Below, piece by piece: positions 48,564 to 58,559 of a stretch of DNA of 64,000 nucleotides (positions are counted from its first letter, which is position 1; each line of letters starts with the position of its first letter). The translations under genes and the position numbers were made by a program. Source of the DNA: Minisyncoccia bacterium (GTDB taxonomy: Bacteria > Patescibacteriota > Minisyncoccia > Phycocordibacterales > UBA6065); assembly GCA_044233485.1 (NCBI GenBank), contig JBIIJY010000001.1, positions 16,701 to 80,700 on the forward strand, in the 5' to 3' direction. The notes under the pieces are model-generated. The model ran no database searches. It was not told the origin of the DNA and worked only from the letters and a program-made list of their open reading frames with translations.

Positions 48564-49260
48564 CTATCGTGCCAAACACCGCACCCTGATTGTCCGGACT
48601 ACGCACTGAGTCTCCGACTGAAAACTCAAGATCACGAGAGAGTTCGAACTCGACATTGCCCGCACCAACTCCCCGCAACTCTACTTGTATGTTACGACTA
48701 CCGATGAGTCCCGTATGCTTCATTCGTGTCGATGAATACAATACTGCCTGCGAAGTCTCTTCACTAACACTACTTATCTCACCGAAAACGAATTTTGAAT
48801 ACATAAGAACGTCGCCCACAGACACACCGGCGCGACTTCCTTGGTCGAGAATAATTGTCTCGACTGGCGAGAGTGGTGGTCGGGCAAGTATACGGGCCGT
48901 GACGGCATGTTTAGAGCCATCTCGAGCGCCGAGTAGTCGCTTAAGCTCTTCATTCTCATCAAAAATGATATCGACGAACTGCATATCAACCGTTCGCTTC
49001 TCCATCTCTTCTTTAAGACGTCTATTCTCCACGAGTAATTCCTGCTTGCTTTGGAGAAGAGCAAAAGCACCACCAAAGAGAAACGAGCTTTCAGCTTTGT
49101 ATTTAAACCCATTCCCCATCACAACAGTAATTACCGACTTGGTGAATGAACCGGCGGCAATGAGAATCGCGAGTACAGAAAAAGTAGCGAGAACAATCCA
49201 AAGCGCTCGAGGCTTACTACGTCGTACATGCTGATTTTTAATTTGAAAATTCCTCATCAC
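48430..49260 (-). CDS. mreC: Rod shape-determining protein MreC.
   Basis: N-terminal TM, coiled coil, then beta domains. Follows mreB. Confidence 0.7.
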   Translation of the reverse strand: MMRNFQIKNQHVRRSKPRALWIVLATFSVLAILIAAGSFTKSVITVVMGNGFKYKAESSFLFGGAFALLQSKQELLVENRRLKEEMEKRTVDMQFVDIIFDENEELKRLLGARDGSKHAVTARILARPPLSPVETIILDQGSRAGVSVGDVLMYSKFVFGEISSVSEETSQAVLYSSTRMKHTGLIGSRNIQVELRGVGAGNVEFELSRDLEFSVGDSVRSPDNQGAVFGTIVDKRGRATDPVFTYTVRPDQNILELSFVDVVSTRNSTTTHATRR

Positions 49261-50302
49261 TAGGGATTAAGACATCCTGATAACTTGAGAGATTTTCGAT
49301 AATCACCCCCGTGCCACGCACGACCGCCGTCAGCGGATCTTCAGGAATATGCACCGGAACCTTTGTATAGTCTGAAATAATTTTATCAAGACCTTCAATG
49401 AGAGCGCCGCCGCCGATCAGGTACATACCTCGATGCATCACATCACCGAGAATTTCCGGCGGAGTTGTCTCGAGTATTTCTTTCACTGCCTCAATAAGCA
49501 TATTGAGTGCAGGGATAATCGCCTCTCGAATATCACTATCGGTAATCACTACCTCTCGGGGTAAGCCCGTGACCAGATCGCGACCCTTGATTTGCGCTTC
49601 GACTGGTTTGTCTTTTGGAATCACCTTTCCAACTTCTATTTTGAGCCGTTCTGCCGTCTTCAAGCCGATTAAGATTTTAAATTCATTTCGAACGTACGAG
49701 ATAATGTCCGCATTGAGACGGTCACCGGCAATTTTCAGACTCTTCGAGCGGACGATGCCACCAAGCGAGATAACCGCAATGTCAGTCGTCCCCCCACCAA
49801 TATCTACGACCATCGAACCAAGTGGATCATGTACGGGGAGGTTGATTCCAATCGCCCCGGCCATCGGCTGCTCGACGATATATACTTCTCGCGCACCAGC
49901 ACTTCGAGCTGCATCCCGAACAGCACGCGTCTCGACGTTGGTTACCTGACTGGGCACACCGATCACGACTCGCGGGCCAAAGAAACGTTTACGTCCATCA
50001 TTCTCAGCTTTATTCAAAAGATACGCCACCATTTCCTCAGCCACTTCAAAATCAGAGATCACACCATCGACAAGCGGACGGACGACTTCGATATGAGCTG
50101 GTGAGCGTCCGAGCATGTCTTTGGCACTATTACCGACCGCTACCACTCGACCGGTCTTGGTATTGATCGCTACCACTGAAGGCTCATTGATGACGATTCC
50201 TCGACCCTTTACATAGACCAGTGTATTTGCAGTACCAAGATCAATACCAATATCATGGCTGAATTTTTCATACACCCGAGCAATATATTCACTGATCTTC
50301 AT
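49238..50302 (-). CDS. mreB: Rod shape-determining protein MreB (actin homolog).
   Basis: GIDLGTANTLVYV and the DIGGGTTD ATPase motifs. Confidence 0.95.
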   Translation of the reverse strand: MKISEYIARVYEKFSHDIGIDLGTANTLVYVKGRGIVINEPSVVAINTKTGRVVAVGNSAKDMLGRSPAHIEVVRPLVDGVISDFEVAEEMVAYLLNKAENDGRKRFFGPRVVIGVPSQVTNVETRAVRDAARSAGAREVYIVEQPMAGAIGINLPVHDPLGSMVVDIGGGTTDIAVISLGGIVRSKSLKIAGDRLNADIISYVRNEFKILIGLKTAERLKIEVGKVIPKDKPVEAQIKGRDLVTGLPREVVITDSDIREAIIPALNMLIEAVKEILETTPPEILGDVMHRGMYLIGGGALIEGLDKIISDYTKVPVHIPEDPLTAVVRGTGVIIENLSSYQDVLIPSDEEFSN

Positions 50303-50306
50303 GTAT

Positions 50307-51554
50307 TTATCCGAGTTTAGTGTAGACCGATTCTAGAGTGCAGATCACTGCGTCGTTGCCCGTGCGAGCTTTGTACTCCACTCCACCAGCGGCGAGTGAT
50401 TTTTCACTCACGACGACTCGGTGCGGAATGCCGATCATGTCTGCTTCGGCAAACTTCTCTCCTGGGCGCATATCACGATCATCTACCAGCACCTCAAAAC
50501 CTCGTGACTCAAGATCTTTGACGAGAGCTGAGGTAGCTGTCTGTACTGGTTCTGAATCTGAAAGACGAATCACATGCACATCAAATGGCGCAACCTCTGC
50601 TGGCCACACCAGACCTTTCTCATCCGCCAAAAGTTCCACAATCGTTCCCATCACTCGAGCTGGGCCAATACCATAACTTCCCATCACGACAGGTACTGAT
50701 TCGCCTTTTTCATTTTTATACATGAGGCCGAGCGCTTCAGAAAAACGCGTACCGAGTGAGAAAATGTTTCCGACCTCAACGGCTTTTTCTTCACGCAGTT
50801 CAGATTCCTGCACACCAAGATCAGTCAACACTTCTGGAGTGAGTACTTCTTTATTGATCGCGATCTTTTTCCCTTCATGGACATAGACAATGTCCTCTCC
50901 AGCACTGGTGAGCGCCTGAAACTCATGAGAATACTTTGCAAAACTTCCACCAGAGGCAAAGGTAACATACGTCTTATGACCGATTCCGAGGCGATCAAAT
51001 ATTTTTACATAGGCATCGCGCATCTTATCATAGAGCACCTGATGCTCAGCAGTATCTTTGGCGAACGAATAGAGATCCTTCATGATGAACTCACGACTGC
51101 GCATAATACCACTCTTGGCTCGAACTTCATTACGGAACTTTGTCTGAAACTGATACACGAGACGCGGAAGATCCTTATATGACGAAACATATTCTTTGAG
51201 AAGCGGTGTGATTGCCTCTTCGTGAGTAAAACCGAGGCCGAGCTCTGAACCACTGGCAAGCTTTGTCTTGAACCAGTTATCCACCACCTCGTCTGACCAA
51301 CGATTTGTTTTCTGCCAATGTTCAGGATTTTGTAAAGCGGTGAGCAATAACTCCGAGCCACCGACCGCATTCATTTCTTCGCGGATGATTCCAATTATCT
51401 TTGAAAGTACTTTAAGTCCCAGGGGTAGAAACTCATACACACCAGCGAGATGCTTATGTACAAACCCCGCTCGGATCAAGAGCTGTGCGTTCTTTGAGAC
51501 CTCGTCCGCTGGCGCTTCTTTTCGAACTTTAGTGAAGATGGTGCTCTGGAGCAT
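50307..51554 (-). CDS. proS: Prolyl-tRNA synthetase (short form, 415 aa).
   Basis: The N-terminus VRKEAPADEVSKNAQLLIRAGFVHKHLAGVYEFLPLGLKVLSKI parallels E. coli ProRS. Class II core. Confidence 0.8.
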   Translation of the reverse strand: MLQSTIFTKVRKEAPADEVSKNAQLLIRAGFVHKHLAGVYEFLPLGLKVLSKIIGIIREEMNAVGGSELLLTALQNPEHWQKTNRWSDEVVDNWFKTKLASGSELGLGFTHEEAITPLLKEYVSSYKDLPRLVYQFQTKFRNEVRAKSGIMRSREFIMKDLYSFAKDTAEHQVLYDKMRDAYVKIFDRLGIGHKTYVTFASGGSFAKYSHEFQALTSAGEDIVYVHEGKKIAINKEVLTPEVLTDLGVQESELREEKAVEVGNIFSLGTRFSEALGLMYKNEKGESVPVVMGSYGIGPARVMGTIVELLADEKGLVWPAEVAPFDVHVIRLSDSEPVQTATSALVKDLESRGFEVLVDDRDMRPGEKFAEADMIGIPHRVVVSEKSLAAGGVEYKARTGNDAVICTLESVYTKLG

Positions 51555-51642
51555 TGAAATATAGTTATACAGCTAGTGTACATGAGAACTCTATGTCTGT
51601 TAACTTTACGTACAGGCTAAGTCGCAGGCCTGTAGCAGGTAC

Positions 51643-51670
51643 TTGCTTTTTACTGCGGGCGTGGTATAAT
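51643..51670 (+). promoter_or_regulatory. Promoter with an extended -10 (TTGCTT, 16 nt, TGgTATAAT).
   Basis: acTTGCTTtttactgcgggcgTGgTATAATagtg. Confidence 0.5.
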
Positions 51671-51676
51671 AGTGAA

Positions 51677-51893
51677 TGGATGAACCACCCTGCAGGAGGG
51701 GAGACCGCCGAGAGCGGATCCATCCGGACCGGTCAGGTCCGGCTTGCTGACGGGCTCGTCGTATCCGCCCTGGATATGATGAACCCCGAAAAACTCGCAG
51801 CCCTAATATTTGAAGGGCTATTCCCGGGATAACCAGGGAACTATCGAGGCGCCGGCCGTGCAATGCACGTGCCGGCGCTCTTTCATTATTTTG
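51677..51893 (+). ncRNA. Candidate structured small RNA (~215 nt) of unknown family.
   Basis: Starts at an extended -10 promoter and ends at a plus-strand terminator (gcgccggccgtgcaatgcacgtgccggcgc followed by tctttcattattttg). GC-rich internal hairpins. No plausible ORF that starts after the promoter. Confidence 0.35.
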
Positions 51894-51932
51894 TAGATTT
51901 AAAAAGCGGCGCCCGAAGGGCGCCGCTTTTTC

Positions 51933-53039
51933 TTACCGTACCACTTTAAGAATATCTTTGATTGTAATCACCAGCATCAAAAGCATGAGAAGTCCAAAGC
52001 CAACGATATTTATCCAGTTAATAATCACTGGTTTTATCGATCGACGGATAAGACCCTCCACTGCCACTACGAGCACTCGCCCACCATCAAGCGCCGGGAA
52101 CGGCACCATGTTAAGCACAGCAAGATTGATAGAAATAATCGCTACGAAACCAAACAATTCTGAAAGCCCAGTACTTGCCGCGTCTTTCACGAGTCGTGCA
52201 ATCCCCACTGGTCCAGAAATATTTGAGAAATCACCGTCGCCTTTGAAAGCCTGCATCGCGAAGCCAGCCAACCCTTCAACCGTGCGCACTATACCATAGA
52301 AGGTAGTCTTCACAGCTTCGATCGGAGCTTTATAAAACGGCAGACGGATTCGTGCCACCTCAGTAAGCTCTACACCGATAACAAATCGTTCTCCGACGAG
52401 TTCAGGCGAAGCTGAGACAAAGACATTCTCCTTATTTCGCAACATTTCAAAACCGACCGGACTGCCCTGTGACCCCTGAATCGAGAGACGTACCTGCTCT
52501 GAAGCAGTCGGCGCCTCGACATAGAGTTTACTTGTACTTGCATTAAAGACCTTGAGCACCGCATCTCCTGGTTTTATTCCTGCTCTATGAGCTGGAGTTC
52601 CTGAGGCCACCGCAACAATCACGACTCGAGAGTTCGTAGCATATGGCATTAGATGTGCCTCGGGAACGCGATCAAAACCGATCATGTAACTCACCGTGAA
52701 GAGCATCCAGGCAAAAATCACATTAAATGTAACACCAGCAACGAGTACCGCCACTTGTATCCAGCGACTCTTTGCACCGATAGACCGACTCGCATCAGCA
52801 TCACCACTGGTATTCTCCTCAGGATTCTCGCCATGTATCTTTACATATCCGCCAACTGGGATGAGTCCAATTGAATAGGTAGTCTCCCCTACTTTTTTTG
52901 AATAGATACGCGGAGGAAAACCGACAGCGAACTCATCGACTCGGATTCCAGACTTCTTTGCGACCAAGAAGTGTCCAAGTTCGTGAACAAAGACGAGAAC
53001 CGAGATAACGACAATAAAGAGGAGGATGATGGAGATCAT
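51933..53039 (-). CDS. rseP: RIP zinc metalloprotease RseP (site-2 protease family, M50).
   Basis: HELGHFLVAKK (HExxH), a PDZ domain, and the LNMVPFPALDGGR motif. Confidence 0.9.
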   Translation of the reverse strand: MISIILLFIVVISVLVFVHELGHFLVAKKSGIRVDEFAVGFPPRIYSKKVGETTYSIGLIPVGGYVKIHGENPEENTSGDADASRSIGAKSRWIQVAVLVAGVTFNVIFAWMLFTVSYMIGFDRVPEAHLMPYATNSRVVIVAVASGTPAHRAGIKPGDAVLKVFNASTSKLYVEAPTASEQVRLSIQGSQGSPVGFEMLRNKENVFVSASPELVGERFVIGVELTEVARIRLPFYKAPIEAVKTTFYGIVRTVEGLAGFAMQAFKGDGDFSNISGPVGIARLVKDAASTGLSELFGFVAIISINLAVLNMVPFPALDGGRVLVVAVEGLIRRSIKPVIINWINIVGFGLLMLLMLVITIKDILKVVR

Positions 53040-53045
53040 GGTTGA

Positions 53046-53591
53046 TTATGAGCGAATTTCTTTTTCTTTTTTTGCAAACAATTCATCAAGGGCTTTTGTC
53101 GCTTCATCAACATACTTCTGGAGGTCTTTCTCACTTCGCTTAACATCGTCTTCACTGACACCGCCAGCTTTTTTCTGCTTTTCAAGATCCTTCACGACGT
53201 CACCTCGTGTTTGGCGAACCTGAATTTTTGCCTGTTCGAGCTTCTCTTTAGCGAGTTTTACATACTGTTCACGTCGCTCACCAGTGAGCTCAGGGAAAAT
53301 CACTCGCAAACCTTTGTCGTCAGTGACCACTGAGAGGCCGAGATTTGAGCCAATAATGGCACGCTCTACTTCTTTCGCCACTGACATATCCCACGGAGAA
53401 ATACGAAGCGTCCGAGCTTCTTCAATGGTAATACTCCCGACTTGATTGAGAGGAACCATATCTCCATACGAAGATACTTTAACTCCATCGAGAATAGCAG
53501 GGTTTGCTCGGCCGGTTCGGATTCCACCAAATTCAGCCACGAGCCACTCCTGCGATTTCTTTAGTTTTTCTTTAACAGTATTTGGATTCAT
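53046..53591 (-). CDS. frr: Ribosome recycling factor.
   Basis: 181 aa. RRF N-terminus and coiled-coil C-terminus. Confidence 0.9.
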   Translation of the reverse strand: MNPNTVKEKLKKSQEWLVAEFGGIRTGRANPAILDGVKVSSYGDMVPLNQVGSITIEEARTLRISPWDMSVAKEVERAIIGSNLGLSVVTDDKGLRVIFPELTGERREQYVKLAKEKLEQAKIQVRQTRGDVVKDLEKQKKAGGVSEDDVKRSEKDLQKYVDEATKALDELFAKKEKEIRS

Positions 53592-53610
53592 AGGCTTATA
53601 TCATAGCATA

Positions 53611-54267
53611 TTAGTCATCTTTTCGAAGGACTTGCTTCATGACTGGTAGTACATGGTCGGAGACAATTTTACGATAACCATCGGCGTTCGGATGGATCTG
53701 ATCGGCGATCTTAAGACTAGAATTGAGAGCTACCCCTTCAAGAAAGTACTCGATGAAAGGCACGTCGTACTCCTCAGCCAATCTCGGATAGAGTTCGTTA
53801 AAGGCAGGACGATCCGCACTCCCAAGCTTGATCGAACGCATACCTCCAAGTACCACTAGCACTTTTTCTGCTTGAAGGCGCTCAATGAGTGTTCGCATAT
53901 TGGCTTCAGTCTGCCCGACCGGTACATTTCTGAGCATATCGTTACCTCCCAGAACAAGAATCACGACTTCTGGTTTTTCATCAATGACTTCATCGAGGCG
54001 CTTGAGAGCGTCGGCGGTAGTGTCACCACTCACCCCTTTGTTCACAAGTGTATAGCGATACCCTCGTGTGCGGAGCTCCTCTGTGAGGAGTGCAGGATAG
54101 CTCTCACTTTCACTCACACCGTAGCCAGCAGTCAAACTATCCCCAAAAGCCACCACGACTCCCGTTCGGCGATGAGGATTTGGCGAGTAGCGAGAAGATC
54201 CAACAAAGTGCCAGAGTATTCCGGCAACAAGTACAGCACTACACACCCAGATTATTTTCTCTTTCAT
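53611..54267 (-). CDS. SGNH/GDSL-family hydrolase (arylesterase/lysophospholipase-like), secreted.
   Basis: VVAFGDSLTAGYG (block I Ser), GGNDM (block III) and DQIHPNADGY (block V). Confidence 0.85.
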   Translation of the reverse strand: MKEKIIWVCSAVLVAGILWHFVGSSRYSPNPHRRTGVVVAFGDSLTAGYGVSESESYPALLTEELRTRGYRYTLVNKGVSGDTTADALKRLDEVIDEKPEVVILVLGGNDMLRNVPVGQTEANMRTLIERLQAEKVLVVLGGMRSIKLGSADRPAFNELYPRLAEEYDVPFIEYFLEGVALNSSLKIADQIHPNADGYRKIVSDHVLPVMKQVLRKDD

Positions 54268-54284
54268 ACAGATATCAGTGTACC

Positions 54285-55541
54285 CTAAAATACATTTCCC
54301 ATGCAGGGCAGAGACAGCGGACGAGTCTTGCTGTACGAGGACACTTCACCGCCCTTCTTATTTTGCACCACGAGACTAGCCAGACTTGAAGCCATGACCA
54401 CACTGTAGGCACCAAAACGATGATCTAGAGTATCTGTGATTTGGTGAACTTGATCATGCACCTCTGCCTTTTTAGAATAGCCAAATAAATCCTGTCCAAA
54501 CCCAGTGGAGACTAAATCGCTGCAAGTGATACCTGTCGCTTTCACTGTTACTGCCTGAGTACACAGAGAAGTAAAAGCGCGTCTCACGATCTGAAGTATT
54601 GGTTCTGGTGAACATGTCGGAACAATGCATTTCCAGGCGCGAGTGATAAAACGACCTTCTTTTGTTTTAAGAAAAATTGAAAACTGTCGGGTAACAAGTT
54701 TTTGCTTGCGCAATGTTTTACAAGCATTCTCAATATTTTTTGAAAGCTCGGCATAGATATACGACTCTTCCGAACTTGTAAACCCAAACGAGCGAGTGTT
54801 TGAAATAGATTTCTGCGGTTCATATTCCGATGAAAACAGTAAAACTGATTCTCCTCTCAGCTCGTGCCAAATCTCACAGAATGGTTTAGAGAGAGCCTGG
54901 TACACCCATTCTCGACTACGACTTACGAAATCCTGTGCGGTACTGATCCCGTACCCGCGTAATTTTTGTGAAGTCTCTCCGCCGATTCCCCACACACTAC
55001 CGATATCCAGACACGAGAGTACACCCGCACTCTTCTCGAGAGGTAGATAGGTAAAACCATTCGGCTTGCGTTGCTTTGAAGCGACCTTCGCTAAAACTTT
55101 TGAGCACGAAATACCACATGTCACCGTAATCCCGAGTTCACGATGAATATCGTTTTGTATATTACGTGCACAAGTGAGCACAGAATCTACAGAAGTAAAC
55201 CGAGAATCGAACCAAGCAAAACACTCATCAATACTATAACGCTCAATGTACGGAGTATATCGTTCGACGATACGAAACATCCGTTCAGAAAATAATTCAT
55301 ACAAGTGAAAGTTGGAGGGGAGGATAATCACCTGCGGAAACAACTTCCTAATCTGGAAAGACGGCATCGCTCGCACCACCCCGAGTCTTTTGGCTTCATA
55401 GCTCATCGCGCAGGCGATACCTCGATCACCACCGACCACGACCGGCTTACCGACGAGTTCACGCCGTAGAGCTACTTCCACACTGGCGAAAAACGCATCT
55501 CCGTCGAGATGGAGAATCCATGGAGAGAATGTATTCTTCAT
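54285..55541 (-). CDS. dinB: Y-family DNA polymerase (DinB / Pol IV-like).
   Basis: ILHLDGDAFFASVEV and the following palm motifs. It lies downstream of lexA. Confidence 0.85.
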   Translation of the reverse strand: MKNTFSPWILHLDGDAFFASVEVALRRELVGKPVVVGGDRGIACAMSYEAKRLGVVRAMPSFQIRKLFPQVIILPSNFHLYELFSERMFRIVERYTPYIERYSIDECFAWFDSRFTSVDSVLTCARNIQNDIHRELGITVTCGISCSKVLAKVASKQRKPNGFTYLPLEKSAGVLSCLDIGSVWGIGGETSQKLRGYGISTAQDFVSRSREWVYQALSKPFCEIWHELRGESVLLFSSEYEPQKSISNTRSFGFTSSEESYIYAELSKNIENACKTLRKQKLVTRQFSIFLKTKEGRFITRAWKCIVPTCSPEPILQIVRRAFTSLCTQAVTVKATGITCSDLVSTGFGQDLFGYSKKAEVHDQVHQITDTLDHRFGAYSVVMASSLASLVVQNKKGGEVSSYSKTRPLSLPCMGNVF

Positions 55542-55716
55542 ACTGAAGTTCTAGAGATACAAAGTAAAAGAGAAAAAGCGATTGGTGACTTTCCACTCCC
55601 TAACTACTTTTGTGCACGATGAGATGCAGAGTCGGAAATTTCGACGATACTCTGGGTATAGGAACCCGCTATCACGACCGACGAATTCATTGAGACGTTT
55701 TTTGTGTACAAACATA

Positions 55717-56286
55717 TTATTTGGAGTATTTACGTATCACCGCTTTTACTACCGCCACGACCTTGAGCTCTCCTTCTGGGTAGATATCATCATAGTCTTC
55801 ATTGGCTGCCTCGAGATAGACTCGTCCGCTTGGATCTTTGCGGTAATACTTCATCGTGTATTCACCATCGACATCAGCGATCACTATCTCTCCAAGCCGA
55901 GGTGCACGGCCTCGCTCGACGATCACCATGTCTCCTTCCACGATACCTGCATCTTTCATCGAGAGACCTTTTACTTTGAGCATGTAGGTAGCTTCAGGTT
56001 TTTCGACAAGCCACTCATCAAGGCTCATCGTATCATCGAGAGTTTCTTCTGCTGGCGAAGGAAACCCAGCTTCCACAAGACCAAGCATCTTCAAATTTCC
56101 AAAACTTTTCGGGACGAGCCGTCCGAGAGAGTCTTTAGCTACGAGCCCTTCTTCAAGCATTTTTTGCACGAGTCGGAAGACCGCATTTTTAGACTTGAGC
56201 CCGAGAAGCTCGCCGATCTCAGAGTAGCTCGGCATACGCTTTGACTCACGATAGAAAGCAAATATTTTTTGAAAGCGATCATTCAT
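55717..56286 (-). CDS. lexA: LexA repressor (winged HTH plus S24 peptidase).
   Basis: N-terminal wHTH. C-terminal GLSMKDAGIVEGDMVIVER with the Ser, and KYYRKD with the Lys, of the catalytic dyad. The start was set at the Met 15 bp downstream of its own LexA box. Confidence 0.85.
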   Translation of the reverse strand: MNDRFQKIFAFYRESKRMPSYSEIGELLGLKSKNAVFRLVQKMLEEGLVAKDSLGRLVPKSFGNLKMLGLVEAGFPSPAEETLDDTMSLDEWLVEKPEATYMLKVKGLSMKDAGIVEGDMVIVERGRAPRLGEIVIADVDGEYTMKYYRKDPSGRVYLEAANEDYDDIYPEGELKVVAVVKAVIRKYSK

Positions 56287-56300
56287 AGTTTTGAGTATAG

Positions 56301-56316
56301 GTGAACAATCGTTCAC
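56301..56316. promoter_or_regulatory. LexA operator (autoregulation) within the lexA promoter.
   Basis: GTGAACAATCGTTCAC lies between the -35 TTGTAG and the -10 TATACT. Confidence 0.65.
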
Positions 56317-56404
56317 CTACAAGAGCTGAGTGTGGATAAGCTCAGGAACTTCTTATATAAAAAGCCCGGAATCAAAATTCCGGGCTCTGTAAAACGTGTG
56401 GGGT

Positions 56405-58288
56405 TTATTCCCCACCATGAGCATCCCACATACGTTTAAACTGTGGGCATGAATTCAAGAGTTCTGGAAGTGTTCCAGAAGCAATGACTTGTCCTGATTC
56501 GAAGACAAATATGTGATCAAAGAGTGGCAAGAGGTGGAGCTTGTGCAAAGCTGATATCACCAACCTTCCCTCGAAAGCTCTGAAGAAGCTCTCATAGATC
56601 TGCCTCTCAGTAAATGAATCCAAACCACTCGTCGGTTCATCGATAGCAACAATTTGTTTATCGGCGGACTCGAGCAACCCCCGCGCAAGCGCGAGACGCT
56701 GACCCTGACCACCAGACAAATTAACACCTTTTTCAGTTGCAAGTGAATCGAGACCTTTCGGAAGAAGTGGAATGACTGAATCGAATCGTGAGATTCGGAG
56801 TGCCTCGGCAAGTTGCGCCTCAGTGTATTGGGCTCCGAGAGTGATATTGTGTAAAATGGTCGCTTGAAATATTTCCGGATTTTGAGGCACAAGTGCCACA
56901 GAATCACAAAAGTCTTCAAATCCATTCTGACAGCGAACACCATCGACCCACACTTCACCAGTCTTCGGCTTAAAGAGTCCCCGAATCAGCTTAAGAAGTG
57001 TTGTCTTACCACTGCCGCTTTCACCAACAAACGCAACCCGACTACCCCTTGTAAGAGACATCGAGATATCTGTTAGCGGTGCGGAGCGCGAGTCCGGATA
57101 GGCAAACCCGAGTGATTTGATCTCGATAGTTTGCCACCCGTGCGGAAGTTCGCCAGTATCGTAACTACGCTGAGCGAAATTCTCTGCAACATGTTCTGCA
57201 TTTTGAGCACGCACTCTCCATTTAACAATATTCGAGTAGAAACTAGTGAAACGGAAGAATACCTCGTTAACTCGCTTCAGATACGACATAAGTAAATACA
57301 CCGTTCCGATGAGCACTGGTGCATTGCTGTTCGAGAGAGTCCAGAAATAGTGCCCAAGCACCGACGCCGTCATCAGTGCACAGCACATACTAGTCAGGAA
57401 CCATTTGGTTTCGCTAAGTCTGTTTGTGCGAAAGGTCAGAGCTTGTTGATCTCTCATTTTGCTGACAATAGAACTCAGGACGAGTTTTTCAATCCGCAAA
57501 ATTACCACCGTAGTGATATTTGAAAGTGCATCGAAGACTGCCTGCGATACCTTATTCTCACCCCGCGAAATTTCGGCATAATTCTTTACCAGAATCGTGT
57601 CGATTTTGATCGTTATCAGAACTGAGATGACCAGAAACACAAGCGCGAGTGCTCCAGCTGTTAGACTGAAGAATGCCAAGACCGCGCAACAGATGATCAG
57701 ATTTGCGAAAGTATACAGCAACTCATATGTCTCTTCAGAGAACAGATAGAGAGCGCTAGTTCCCTTCTCAATTCGATCAATCGTATCACCAGAATGATTA
57801 TCATTGTGCCACTGCATCGGTAGATGCATGACGCCGTTTAGGAAAAATCGGCGATAATTCATACGGAGTAAAAACGCATTATTCATTTCCATCACTCGTG
57901 CTGGCCCATGAAGCGACCAGAACACAAACGTGCAAGCAAGTGATGCGACCAAATACAGAAAGAGTCTTGGAAGGTTAGCTTCCGTCACCCCTTCTTGTTG
58001 AACCGTATCCATAATTCTCGCTATGACCAACGGTTCTAGTGAGAGCGGGACAAGACTTGCGAGGGCGAACATACACCAGAAGAGAATCACTGTCTTTCGA
58101 TTACCCTCTGAGTATCTCCACATTTTGCCGAAGAGATAGTGAATCGGATTTTTTCTTTTTTGTTTCATGTAACTTCCTTTCCTGCTTGAAGTGTTTACCA
58201 AAGAGCAAAATAAAACGCCACACATGTGGCGTTTTAAATACTGAACGAGTAGTTTAGCACTTACAACGACACACGAACGACAGATCAC
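56405..58288 (-). CDS. ABC exporter: fused transmembrane and ATP-binding domains.
   Basis: Six TM helices. Walker A GESGSGKTT, signature LSGGQGQRLALARGLL and Walker B IVAIDEPTSGLD. The true start is likely the internal Met near 58168. Confidence 0.85.
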   Translation of the reverse strand: MICRSCVVVSAKLLVQYLKRHMCGVLFCSLVNTSSRKGSYMKQKRKNPIHYLFGKMWRYSEGNRKTVILFWCMFALASLVPLSLEPLVIARIMDTVQQEGVTEANLPRLFLYLVASLACTFVFWSLHGPARVMEMNNAFLLRMNYRRFFLNGVMHLPMQWHNDNHSGDTIDRIEKGTSALYLFSEETYELLYTFANLIICCAVLAFFSLTAGALALVFLVISVLITIKIDTILVKNYAEISRGENKVSQAVFDALSNITTVVILRIEKLVLSSIVSKMRDQQALTFRTNRLSETKWFLTSMCCALMTASVLGHYFWTLSNSNAPVLIGTVYLLMSYLKRVNEVFFRFTSFYSNIVKWRVRAQNAEHVAENFAQRSYDTGELPHGWQTIEIKSLGFAYPDSRSAPLTDISMSLTRGSRVAFVGESGSGKTTLLKLIRGLFKPKTGEVWVDGVRCQNGFEDFCDSVALVPQNPEIFQATILHNITLGAQYTEAQLAEALRISRFDSVIPLLPKGLDSLATEKGVNLSGGQGQRLALARGLLESADKQIVAIDEPTSGLDSFTERQIYESFFRAFEGRLVISALHKLHLLPLFDHIFVFESGQVIASGTLPELLNSCPQFKRMWDAHGGE

Positions 58289-58559
58289 TCCATGAATAGT
58301 GGAGTTCGTTTGGAGCGGTATTAAGTTTTGACATGTGATATGTCATATAATTCATATAATACACCATATAGCGGTATATGTCAAAGTTTTGATTTCAGTA
58401 TTCTTCACCGGGAGTGAGTGGTGGACTTCAGTTTTATTTTTCTGAACCAGCCTGTGAAGGAGATGAAATATTTAAGAGAAATTTTGAAATAATAAAACCC
58501 AGACCGAATTGTCTGGGTTTGAAGAATTTATCGAACGCCCTTCAAAGCGTCACTAGCTG

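Noticed and set aside
51554-51832. Plus-strand 92-aa ORF.
   Set aside because: It begins upstream of the mapped promoter inside the proS start region. Its composition is odd. The region is better explained as a non-coding transcript.
51677-51893. Identification of the candidate sRNA as SRP (4.5S) RNA, based on the 12-mer GGUCAGGUCCGG.
   Set aside because: The match is part of a perfect palindrome (ccggacc / ggtccgg). The flanking SRP domain IV motif GGAAGGAAGCAGC is absent.
55582-56244. Plus-strand 220-aa ORF.
   Set aside because: It is antisense to the well-supported lexA gene, has low-complexity composition and no motif.
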